Assembly (NCBI GenBank): GCA_965237675.1
Contig: OZ250150.1
Location: 3,008,001-3,072,000, forward strand
From: Candidatus Latescibacterota bacterium
GTDB taxonomy: Bacteria; Latescibacterota; UBA2968; GCA-2709665
DNA length: 64,000 nucleotides
Reading direction: 5' to 3'
Part shown: positions 49,968 through 58,510 of the stretch, in pieces
Position numbering within the stretch: position 1 is the stretch's first letter
Layout of the letters: every line of letters begins with the position of its first letter
The notes under the pieces: generated by a model
The model's database searches: none
Told to the model about the DNA's origin: nothing
What the model saw: only the letters and a program-made list of their open reading frames with translations
Made by a program: the position numbers and the translations under genes

Positions 49968-50215
49968 TCCCCCACTTTTCGCCGATATAGTTCCTCAGCA
50001 ATTTCAACCTCCACCTGGGTTACGTACACTTCCTCGTGCAAGCGTTGCTTAATCTCAGTTGCTGATGCCGTCTCCAGGAACAACTCCAACGCCTCCTTCA
50101 AATTACCCCTTGCTTCAGAAACGGTTGCACCCTGACTCGCAATGTCCACCTCAGGCCAGAGGGCGACGTATCCATCGCCTTCGCGTTCTATAATGGCTGT
50201 TAACTGTCTTGTCAT
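49940..50215 (-). CDS. hicB: HicB-family antitoxin, orphan
   Basis: MTRQLTAIIEREGDGYVAL.PEVDIASQG.T..EA..NLKEALEL; tail reads into the repeat. Confidence 0.85.
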   Translation of the reverse strand: MTRQLTAIIEREGDGYVALWPEVDIASQGATVSEARGNLKEALELFLETASATEIKQRLHEEVYVTQVEVEIAEELYRRKVGEHGNTGYTG

Positions 50216-50277
50216 CGCAAGCTCTTGTCGTGCGGATTTCGTAGCTTCACGCTTCCCTTAATCCTTCATTTTTCGCC

Positions 50278-50511
50278 CTTGCCTTTAATCACAGCCCATC
50301 ATTTTAATCACACGAATCACAGTCTGTTTCGGTTTTCATCCTGTCTATCCATGTTTCTCGCTTCTCCGCTTTTGCCTTTAATCACAGTCCATCATTTTAA
50401 TCATACAAATCACAGTCTGTTTCGGTTTTCATCCTGTCTATCCATGTTTCTCGCTTCTCCGCTTTTGCCTTTAATCACAGTCCATCATTTTAATCATACA
50501 AATCACAGTCT
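50278..50511. repeat. 93-bp tandem repeat, about 2.5 copies
   Basis: GCCTTTAATCACAG at 50281, 50374, 50467; unit combines AATCAC and ATCCTG..ATCCATGT motifs. Confidence 0.9.
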
Positions 50512-51007
50512 ACCAGCCCCCAACCTGCGTCCGGTCCACGATATCCCGTGTCAGGATCTCGAACGCCGCGCCGAGGCCCTCCTGACGTGCCTCTTCGCGC
50601 TGTCCGGCGGCGCTGTAGATGCCGTATCCCTTCAGGCGCTTTTCCTCCCAGAGCAACTTCTTGTTTTTCGCATCGTAGCAGCTGACATCCAGAAAGACCG
50701 AAAGCTGGAACTGGTCCTCCTGGCCACGGTAGGTGAAGGGGTCGTCCCGCACCTCCACGATCGTACCGCGAAGCACAATGTCCGCACGGTCCTCGTCCAT
50801 CACACGCAGCGCCCCATCCTGCAGGAACGCCTGGATCAGGCTGTCCGTCAGCGCCTGCTGGATCTCCGGCTCCAGGCTCTCGTTCTCCATCAGCGGAATG
50901 GCGACCGAACGAAAACCCGACCCGCCGGTGGCCGATGTTGAATAGTACGCGCATCCGCCCAGCCAGAGCAGCAATAGTGCCGTGACAGGAAGAAGAGAAC
51001 GGTTCAA
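50510..51007 (-). CDS. lptE: LptE-family lipoprotein
   Basis: Lipobox LGGC, SVAIP..EN, ADIVLRGTI, C-terminal W. Confidence 0.75.
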   Translation of the reverse strand: MNRSLLPVTALLLLWLGGCAYYSTSATGGSGFRSVAIPLMENESLEPEIQQALTDSLIQAFLQDGALRVMDEDRADIVLRGTIVEVRDDPFTYRGQEDQFQLSVFLDVSCYDAKNKKLLWEEKRLKGYGIYSAAGQREEARQEGLGAAFEILTRDIVDRTQVGGW

Positions 51008-51402
51008 GCCGATTCCTCCTCGTCTGCCTTCCCGGTCTCCTCGTCCTTCGGCGTCTTCTCTTCGGCGCTTTCGGCGGCCTCGTCTCCGCTTTCGCCCGAA
51101 GATTCATCGGTTTCATCGGGTATTTTGTTAACCTCGTCGATATAATTCATCCTCAACTCGTATAGCGCGTGCTCCAGAAACCGCTGCTCGTTATCGCTCA
51201 AATTGCCCTTTGTCTTGGCCTCCAGCATGGCCAGCATATCGATCGAGTGCTTCGCCTGGGCCAGGTCCCGTTCCACCTTATTGGTCACGGGATTCATCAC
51301 CTTGCCCATATGCTGCCAGGCCGCACCCTGAAACATCAGCACAACCTGCGAAAACAGAAACTCGTTCATCTGCTCCTGCGTAATCGGTTCGTTCTCGCCC
51401 AT
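51004..51402 (-). CDS. DUF1844-family protein
   Basis: AKHSIDML.ML..KTKGNL...E...L...LYELRMNY. Confidence 0.85.
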   Translation of the reverse strand: MGENEPITQEQMNEFLFSQVVLMFQGAAWQHMGKVMNPVTNKVERDLAQAKHSIDMLAMLEAKTKGNLSDNEQRFLEHALYELRMNYIDEVNKIPDETDESSGESGDEAAESAEEKTPKDEETGKADEEESA

Positions 51403-51472
51403 GTCAACAATCCTCCTTAAAATGTAGATTCAATGGCATCGCACTTCACGTCGTGTTGCTCACGTCTCACGT

Positions 51473-52099
51473 CTAACCGTCTAAGGCGGTTTCCAGCTGC
51501 GCCAGTGCGGTCTCTTCGTTTGCCCATCCACGCACGATGTCCATTTGCGCTTCGCCCCGTCTCACGACCACGCTCGGAAACTCCCGTACGCCCATCGACC
51601 GGCGCAGGTCAAATCCCGCCTGCAGTTGCGCTTCGATCTCCGGCGACCTGATGTCCCGTTCGAATCGATCCACGTCAAGCGGCGGTGAAAGCGTTCCTGC
51701 AACCGCGACCAGCGTTTCGGTATCCGAGGGATTCTTCGCCTCCTCGTAGTACGCCCGCTGGATGGCGTCGAACATCTCCGGCGCCGCATCGTCGCGCTGC
51801 GCCCTTGCCGCCAGCACCGCCCGGCAGGCGGGGTAGGTCGACCGGCGGGGCTTGCATTTGTGCCAGAAGTCCCAGTTGAATTCCGCTCCCGTCGCTGCCG
51901 TGACGTCCCGCCAATTCCGTTGTACGTACGCGCGGGTCGCTTCCGGCATCGGTTGGTCCGAATCCTTCGCCAGCCCGCCCATCACGTATACCACCGGCAC
52001 GGTCTCCGGAAGCGCCGCCACGACTTCGGTCAACACCGGCCTGAATCCCCAGCACCACGAACACATGGGGTCTGCGACGTAATAGAGTCGGGGATCCAT
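51473..52099 (-). CDS. DsbA-family thioredoxin-fold protein
   Basis: DPMCSWCWGF, STYPACRA, GV.EFPS cis-Pro. Confidence 0.9.
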   Translation of the reverse strand: MDPRLYYVADPMCSWCWGFRPVLTEVVAALPETVPVVYVMGGLAKDSDQPMPEATRAYVQRNWRDVTAATGAEFNWDFWHKCKPRRSTYPACRAVLAARAQRDDAAPEMFDAIQRAYYEEAKNPSDTETLVAVAGTLSPPLDVDRFERDIRSPEIEAQLQAGFDLRRSMGVREFPSVVVRRGEAQMDIVRGWANEETALAQLETALDG

Positions 52100-52435
52100 T
52101 GTTCGTTCCTCTCAAGAATGCGCACGTCAAAGCGGAAGAAAGACGATGGGCGCGATTTGAATTACCCGAGACGAACCGGCCTTTAAATCCGGATTCCACG
52201 CCCCGGTACGGGTACAATATTAAAGACGCACGTTGAAAAAGGCAAGCATATCAGCCGCGTCCACAGCTGCGCAATGCCGATCCGAACGCCCTTTTCGGTG
52301 GCCCGACAGAATCCGCTTGCGCGGGCATATCAGTTGTGCGTACTTTCATCGTACATCATTTTTCCAACCCCGTCACGTATACGAATTGGTCATTGGAAAC
52401 GCGCAATCGGAAAACACATAAAAAGGAGGTCGCCA

Positions 52436-52900
52436 GTGAACGTGGAAGTCACCATAAACGGCGAGCGCCACAGCCACGACGTGGAGCCCAGGCTGCTGCT
52501 CGTGCATTTTCTGCGCGACGTAGTCGGCCTCACCGGCACCCACATCGGCTGCGAAACCAGCCTCTGCGGCGCCTGCACCGTGATGCTCAACGGGCAAGCG
52601 GTGAAATCCTGTACATTGCTCACGGTACAGGCGAATGGCGCGGAAATCACCACGATCGAAGGCCTGGCCGAAAACGGCGAACTCCATCCGGTCCAGGAGG
52701 GCTTCTGGGAGTGCCACGGCCTGCAGTGCGGCTTCTGCACGCCTGGTATGATCATAGCCGCCCACCAGTTGCTCCAGCGCAACGCCAGGCCCACCGAAGA
52801 ACAGATTCGGCGCGGCATCGAGGGCAACCTCTGTCGCTGCACCGGGTACCAGCACATTGTCGACGCTGTTCAGTACGCAGCCCGAAAAATGAGATCCTAA
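52436..52900 (+). CDS. coxS: molybdenum hydroxylase small [2Fe-2S] subunit
   Basis: [30 protein letters not shown] after GGAGG. Confidence 0.92.
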   Translation: MNVEVTINGERHSHDVEPRLLLVHFLRDVVGLTGTHIGCETSLCGACTVMLNGQAVKSCTLLTVQANGAEITTIEGLAENGELHPVQEGFWECHGLQCGFCTPGMIIAAHQLLQRNARPTEEQIRRGIEGNLCRCTGYQHIVDAVQYAARKMRS

Positions 52901-52912
52901 AGGAGGTCTTCC

Positions 52913-55243
52913 ATGCCTGTCGGTAAATCAGTAGGCGCCAGAATCAAGCGCAGGGAAGATCCCCGGTTGATTCAGGGCCTTGCGCAATACGTAGACGACA
53001 TCCAACTGCCCGGGACGCTGCATGTCGCCGTCGTCCGCAGCCCGTACGGACACGCGCACATCAGCACCATCGACACCGCCGCCGCCGCGGGCCACCCGGG
53101 TGTGGTCGCCGTGGTTACCGGCGACGACCTCAAAGACAACATCGGCACCATTCCCTGCGCCGCCACCGATCCCGAAGCCTTTCCGGGCATCCAGGTTCCG
53201 GAGCATCCGGTTCTGGCCCACGGCAAGGTGCGTTTCGTAGGGGAGCCGGTCGCAGCGGTCGTGGCCGACTGCCCGTATACCGCCACGGACGCGGCCGAAC
53301 TCATTGAGGTGGACTACGACCCGCTCGACGCCGTTAACTCGGCCGAGGCCGCGCTCAGCGAAGGCGCGCCCGTGCTGCACGAACAGTTCGGCAGCAACCA
53401 GGCCTTCACCTGGGCTATTGCCGGCGGCGACATCGACGACGCCTTCGCCCAGGCCGACCGCGTTGTCAAACAGCGCTTCGACCACCAGCGCCTGGTCCCG
53501 AACCCCCTGGAAACCCGGGGCGTTGTCGCCCGGTTTCAACCCGGCGACGACAAACTCACCGTCTGGTCTTCCACCCAGATCCCGCATCTGCTCAAGACCC
53601 AGTTGTCACTCATTCTCAACCGGCCCGAACAACTCGTCCAGGTCATCGCCCCCGAAGTGGGCGGCGGCTTCGGCTGCAAGCTGAACGTGTACGCCGAGGA
53701 AGCCCTGGTGGGGTACCTCTCGATCCAGCTCAAGAAGCCGGTCAAGTGGATCGAAAGCCGGCGGGAAAATTTCCTGCACACGATCCACGGTCGCGACCAG
53801 ATTGGCGACGTGGAAGTCCCCGTCAAGAACGACGGGACCATCCTGGGCCTGAAATACACGGTGCAGGCCGACGTGGGCGCCTACTATCAACTGCTGACCC
53901 CCGCCATCCCGACCCTCACGGGGTTGATGCTCTGCGGCTGTTACAGGTTCCAGAACGTCTCCATGGAACTCACCGCCGCCTTCACCAACAAGATGGCCAC
54001 CGATGCGTACCGTGGCGCGGGAAGGCCGGAAGCCACCTACCTCGTCGAACGCATGCTGGACTGCGTGGCCTTCGATCTGGACATGGATCCACTTGAGGTC
54101 CGCCGCAAGAACTTCATCGGCAAAGACGAGTTCCCGTTTACGACCGGCACGGCCGTCGCGTACGACAGCGGCGACTACGACCTTGCCCTGAACAAGGCGC
54201 TCAAGAAAATCGACTACGAGGGTTTCAGGAAGGAACAGGAAGAGTCCCGCGAAAAGGGCCGGTACCTGGGCATCGGCTTCTCGACCTACGTGGAAATCTG
54301 TGGCATGGGGCCCTCGGCGGCCATGCCGGCCGGAGGATGGGAAAGTGGCACCGTGCGCGTGGACCCCACGGGCACGGTCACCGTTCTCACCGGCGTATCG
54401 CCCCACGGCCAGGGCCAGGAAACCACGTTTGCGCAACTCATCGCCGACGGACTGGGGGTGGACATCGACGATGTCCGCATCATCCACGGCGATACCGAAG
54501 CCGTCCAATACGGCATCGGCACGTTCGGCTCCCGAGCGACGGCGGTGGGTGGTACGGCCATGGTGATGGCCATGGAAAAAATTAAAGATAAGGCCATCGA
54601 TATCGCCGCGCACCTCCTGGAGAGCAATCCCCAGGACATCGTCCTGGAAGACGGCAAATACGGCGTCAAGGGTTCGCCCGACCAGGGCGTGACCCTTATG
54701 GATATATCGATGGCCGCCCACGGGGGCGTGAATCTGCCGCCGGATACCGAACCGGGCATGGCTGCCACCCACTTCTTCGAACCCTCCAATTTTACCTACC
54801 CGTTCGGCACCCATATCGCCATCGTGGAAGTGGACGGAGACACCGGCGAAGTGGACATCCTGCGCTATATCGCGGTTGACGACTGCGGCCGGATCATCAA
54901 CCCGATGATCGTCGAGGGTCAGATCCACGGGGGCATCGTCCAGGGTCTGGGCCAGGCGCTTTACGAAGAAGCCATTTACGACGAGAGCGGCCAGATGCTC
55001 ACCGGGTCGTTCATGGACTATGCCCTGCCCAAGGCGCACAACCTCCCGCGCTTCGAACTGGACAACACGGTTACGCCTTCCCCCGTGAACCCCATGGGTG
55101 TCAAGGGCGTGGGAGAGGCCGGTACCATCGGCTCAACGCCGTCCATCGTCAACGCGGTGGTCGATGCGCTCAAGCCATTCGGCGTACGTCATATCGACAT
55201 GCCGTTGCGTCCCGAAAAACTCTGGAAGCTGATGCAGGGTTAG
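52913..55243 (+). CDS. coxL: molybdenum hydroxylase large subunit (form II CoxL-like)
   Basis: GGGFG.K, AYRGAGR, HGQGQET, GVKGVGE. Confidence 0.9.
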   Translation: MPVGKSVGARIKRREDPRLIQGLAQYVDDIQLPGTLHVAVVRSPYGHAHISTIDTAAAAGHPGVVAVVTGDDLKDNIGTIPCAATDPEAFPGIQVPEHPVLAHGKVRFVGEPVAAVVADCPYTATDAAELIEVDYDPLDAVNSAEAALSEGAPVLHEQFGSNQAFTWAIAGGDIDDAFAQADRVVKQRFDHQRLVPNPLETRGVVARFQPGDDKLTVWSSTQIPHLLKTQLSLILNRPEQLVQVIAPEVGGGFGCKLNVYAEEALVGYLSIQLKKPVKWIESRRENFLHTIHGRDQIGDVEVPVKNDGTILGLKYTVQADVGAYYQLLTPAIPTLTGLMLCGCYRFQNVSMELTAAFTNKMATDAYRGAGRPEATYLVERMLDCVAFDLDMDPLEVRRKNFIGKDEFPFTTGTAVAYDSGDYDLALNKALKKIDYEGFRKEQEESREKGRYLGIGFSTYVEICGMGPSAAMPAGGWESGTVRVDPTGTVTVLTGVSPHGQGQETTFAQLIADGLGVDIDDVRIIHGDTEAVQYGIGTFGSRATAVGGTAMVMAMEKIKDKAIDIAAHLLESNPQDIVLEDGKYGVKGSPDQGVTLMDISMAAHGGVNLPPDTEPGMAATHFFEPSNFTYPFGTHIAIVEVDGDTGEVDILRYIAVDDCGRIINPMIVEGQIHGGIVQGLGQALYEEAIYDESGQMLTGSFMDYALPKAHNLPRFELDNTVTPSPVNPMGVKGVGEAGTIGSTPSIVNAVVDALKPFGVRHIDMPLRPEKLWKLMQG

Positions 55244-55343
55244 GTTGTTTTCCCGGCCCATCGGGGGGCACGGAAGACCGGATGACGACCGGTTGAACGC
55301 GCACGCGCGGATGTTCAAAATTTCGATACCTGGAGAAATCACA

Positions 55344-56210
55344 ATGATTCCAAGCCCATTCGACTATCATGCGCCGAAGACACTGAGAAAGGCGCTCAGC
55401 CTGCTTCAGGAACACGGCGACGACGCCAAGGTCCTGGCGGGCGGCCACAGCCTCATCCCACTGATGAAATTGCGGTTCGCCTCGCCTGCAACCCTCATCG
55501 ACCTCGGCGGCATCACGGGTCTGCGGAAGGTCGTCGCCGGAAACGAAACCATATCGATCGGCGCGCTGGCGACGCACTACGCGGTCGAAAGCCACCGGCT
55601 GCTGAAATCCAGGTGCGGCCTGCTCCCGGAAACCGCCTCGGCCATCGGAGACGTCCAGGTGCGCAATCGCGGTACGGTTGGCGGCAGCCTGGTCCACGCG
55701 GACCCCGCGGCGGACTGGCCCGCCACGATGCTTGCGTTGAACGCCGAACTCGATATCGCCGGCGCCGGGGGCGAGCGGAGCGTTTCCATCGGCGATTTCT
55801 TCGAAGATCTGCTCACCACCGCCATCGACGACGACGAAATCCTCACCCGGATCCGTGTCGCCACCCCGCCGGCCAACTCCGGCGGCGCCTACGTCAAGAT
55901 GCACCAGTCCGCATCGGGATTCGCCATCTGCGGCGTTGCCGCGCAGGTCACGCGGGACAACGGCAACTTCGCCTCGGTCGGCATCGGCATCACCGGCGTA
56001 TCCCCGGTGGCCTATAGGGCCTCGGGCGTCGAAGCCGCGCTCCAGGGGGGGCCGCTGAACAGCGAGACCATTTCCGCGGCAGCGGAAAAAGCCGCTGAAG
56101 GCGTTGAAGAGTTCCAGGAAGACCATCACGCCTCGGGCGACTATCGTGCCCATCTGGCAAGGGTCTTTACCCGCCAGGCGCTCACCCTGGCCGCGGAACG
56201 GGCGGCCTGA
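55344..56210 (+). CDS. coxM: molybdenum hydroxylase FAD subunit
   Basis: LAGGHSLIP.MKLR, QVRNRGTVGG..HADP..D. Confidence 0.92.
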   Translation: MIPSPFDYHAPKTLRKALSLLQEHGDDAKVLAGGHSLIPLMKLRFASPATLIDLGGITGLRKVVAGNETISIGALATHYAVESHRLLKSRCGLLPETASAIGDVQVRNRGTVGGSLVHADPAADWPATMLALNAELDIAGAGGERSVSIGDFFEDLLTTAIDDDEILTRIRVATPPANSGGAYVKMHQSASGFAICGVAAQVTRDNGNFASVGIGITGVSPVAYRASGVEAALQGGPLNSETISAAAEKAAEGVEEFQEDHHASGDYRAHLARVFTRQALTLAAERAA

Positions 56211-56317
56211 CAGGCCCGATTCCATCGATTCGATATGCAAGCGCGCCGTCGACGCAACCGCAAGTCGGGCGCGCGCTTGCGCGTACGTACCCCGCGGAAG
56301 GCGCGGAGGAGGCGCTT

Positions 56318-56827
56318 TTGAAAATCCAGGGCACGCATACGATCAACGCGCCGCGGGAACGGGTCTTCGAAATGCTCACGGATCCCGATGCTCTCGCCAG
56401 GTGTATACCCGGCGCCAGGAAACTGAAACGGGTCGGTGAGAACATGTACGAATTGGAGATCAACGCGGGCGTCGGTCCAATCAGGGGTAGTTACAGCGGC
56501 ACGGTTCGCCTGGAAGACCTGAACCCGCCGGATCACTATCGCATGATCGTCGACGCGAAGGGAAAGACCGGATTTGTCAGGGGCGAGGGCAGCATCGATC
56601 TCGGCCCCGAGGGCGACGGGACCCAGGTTTCATACAGCGGCAACGTGCAACTCGGGGGCCCCGTTGCGGCGGTGGGCCAGCGCTTGCACCTGAGCGTTTC
56701 GAAAATGATGACACGACAGCTTTTCGGCGCCATCGAGGCCGAGGCCAACGCGGCGCCGGGCGAAACGGTAAAGCATGGTATCCTGCGGGACTATCTCCGC
56801 GGCAAGAAGCACGGGGCGGGGCAATAG
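56318..56827 (+). CDS. coxG: CoxG/SRPBCC family protein
   Basis: L.DP..LARCIPG, GVGPIRG, VGQRL. Confidence 0.88.
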   Translation: MKIQGTHTINAPRERVFEMLTDPDALARCIPGARKLKRVGENMYELEINAGVGPIRGSYSGTVRLEDLNPPDHYRMIVDAKGKTGFVRGEGSIDLGPEGDGTQVSYSGNVQLGGPVAAVGQRLHLSVSKMMTRQLFGAIEAEANAAPGETVKHGILRDYLRGKKHGAGQ

Positions 56828-56990
56828 CGTTTCACGCCGGTATAGGCGCTGAGGCAGGCTCAACCCGGATTTTGTAAGGGCCTGGAAGAAAAATGCTGTT
56901 TTTGATGGATATGGCGCCAGGACGTGTCCGTGAGATCCATATGCATCGTGTACAACATCCGGCCACCCATTCGCGAAACTGACTTTCCGC

Positions 56991-57356
56991 ATGCCCTTCA
57001 TCGACTGGAAAGACATCCCCGTCAACGAACTGGCGCCCGGCGTGCGCATCCGTGCGCCCTACGGCGAGAATATCATGATCTCCCTGCTGGAAATGGACGA
57101 GGGCGCGGTTGTACCGCTGCATCATCATCCGCACGAGCAGGGCGGCATTATGCTCCAGGGACGGATCGAACTTACCATCGGTGACGACACCCGTACCGTT
57201 GAGAAGGACGCTGCCTATCTCATCCCGCCCCATGTGCCGCATCGCGCGGTCGCAGTGGGCGGCACCGCCGTTGTGCTGGATATCTTCAGCCCCGTGCGGG
57301 AAGACTATGTGGAACTGGGCAACCGCTACATCCCGCGGGAAGACGCGCCCGGATAA
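56991..57356 (+). CDS. cupin-domain protein
   Basis: PLHHHPHEQ, IPPHVPH, DIFSPVREDY. Confidence 0.9.
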   Translation: MPFIDWKDIPVNELAPGVRIRAPYGENIMISLLEMDEGAVVPLHHHPHEQGGIMLQGRIELTIGDDTRTVEKDAAYLIPPHVPHRAVAVGGTAVVLDIFSPVREDYVELGNRYIPREDAPG

Positions 57357-57376
57357 ACCCGCCTCAGGAGGCCGCC

Positions 57377-57832
57377 GTGTTGCAAAGAATCCTGGAAACC
57401 GACAACAGTACCTCGAGCCTCATCCTTCGTCTTGCGCTGGGTATCGTCATGTTTCCGCACGGCGCCCAGAAACTGCTGGGCTGGTTCGGCGGTTACGGAT
57501 TTTCCGGAACGATAGGCTTCTTTACCGAAACCCTCGGAATCCCCGCCCTCTTTGCATTTCTGGTCATCATTGCCGAGTTCTTCGGTGCCCTGGCCCTCAT
57601 CGTCGGCCTGCTCACCCGGATCGCCGCGCTCGGCGTCGGCGTCGTGATGGCCGTGGCCGCGACCCTGCACGTTTCGAACGGTTTTTTCATGAACTGGACC
57701 GGGCAACAGCAGGGCGAGGGGTATGAGTATCACCTCCTCGCACTTGGCATCACCGTCGCGATCGTCCTGAACGGCGCCGGCCGCTGTTCGGTGGACCGGG
57801 CCCTGGTGACGAACGCGGATTCCTCGACATGA
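57377..57832 (+). CDS. DoxX-family membrane protein
   Basis: HGAQKLLGWFGG.G, GFFMNW, GYEYHLL, GAGRCSVD. Confidence 0.92.
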   Translation: MLQRILETDNSTSSLILRLALGIVMFPHGAQKLLGWFGGYGFSGTIGFFTETLGIPALFAFLVIIAEFFGALALIVGLLTRIAALGVGVVMAVAATLHVSNGFFMNWTGQQQGEGYEYHLLALGITVAIVLNGAGRCSVDRALVTNADSST

Positions 57833-57870
57833 CATTCACGTATTGACCGTCCGTTCGCTTGGCTCCAATC

Positions 57871-57919
57871 GAATAAGACAAGAGGGTCGGGAAGTGCTCC
57901 CGACCCTCTTGTCTTATTC
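57871..57919. terminator. perfect 22-bp hairpin, likely terminator
   Basis: GAATAAGACAAGAGGGTCGGGA-AGTGC-TCCCGACCCTCTTGTCTTATTC. Confidence 0.7.
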
Positions 57920-58095
57920 ACAGTCCGGCTTATCTTCCACCTCTGAGGCGGCACAAGGTAGCGAATAGCTTACCTCAGTCATCAGACGAAAGAACAATTG
58001 ACGTCTGCGCCATCAGGCGTGCAACCACGAAAGGCAGTGAGACGGGAGACGTAAGAAGGCCACCCCGCGTCCACCGGACATCGATATGGCCTGGC

Positions 58096-58190
58096 GAAGT
58101 CAATCGGTGATATGCGCGCCACGACGAGGGCAACCACAAGGGTTGCCCCTACAAAGCAGCGATCAGCGGTCAGCAATCAGCAGTCAGCTA
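58096..58190 (-). repeat. GTAG-type REP plus 7-nt TCAGC.. repeats
   Basis: GGGCAACCACAAGGGTTGCCCCTAC 58128-58152; TCAGCGG TCAGCAA TCAGCAG TCAGC 58163-58188. Confidence 0.7.
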
Positions 58191-58510
58191 ACACCGGTTC
58201 GCGGTACGGGGGCAAATCCACACGGCGATCCTTCCCGGCCAACCCATCGCCCGCCCGGCCTGGGGGGTTGGGGGTTTTCCCGCGCTATACCGTCCAGCAG
58301 TGTCGCCTGGTGTATGCTTCGGTGGTCTCAGGGCAGTGTCCCACGACCTCTCCATTGAAGCGATTCGCGGAAAAACAGCCCAGCGGCGTCTGAGCGGCGC
58401 CGTTCTTTTTGGCTCTTTTTCATTGGCGAGAAAGAAAAAGGGCGTAAAATAATAAAAGATAAGAATTTATATCCAAATTCATCCCTAAAAACCTGTCATT
58501 CAGAAACGCC

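Larger units (their letters stand above)
27730..50511. mobile_element. repeat-punctuated defence island without integrase
   Basis: Lower-GC cargo (TA, CBASS, RM, IS) between co-oriented core-like genes NUDIX and lptE; both ends made of 9-nt-periodic repeats. Confidence 0.7.

Noticed and set aside
27730-50511. Classical integron/attC cassette array
   Set aside because: No integron integrase, and the hairpins lack recognisable RYYYAAC...GTTRRRY attC ends
50225-50941. 238-aa plus-strand ORF with repeated peptide blocks
   Set aside because: Translation of the 93-bp DNA tandem repeat plus antisense of lptE
53606-55039. Long antisense ORFs over coxL (likewise over pgk, gap, cysK, hsdR and the RND gene)
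   Set aside because: Typical high-GC shadow frames opposite well-supported genes
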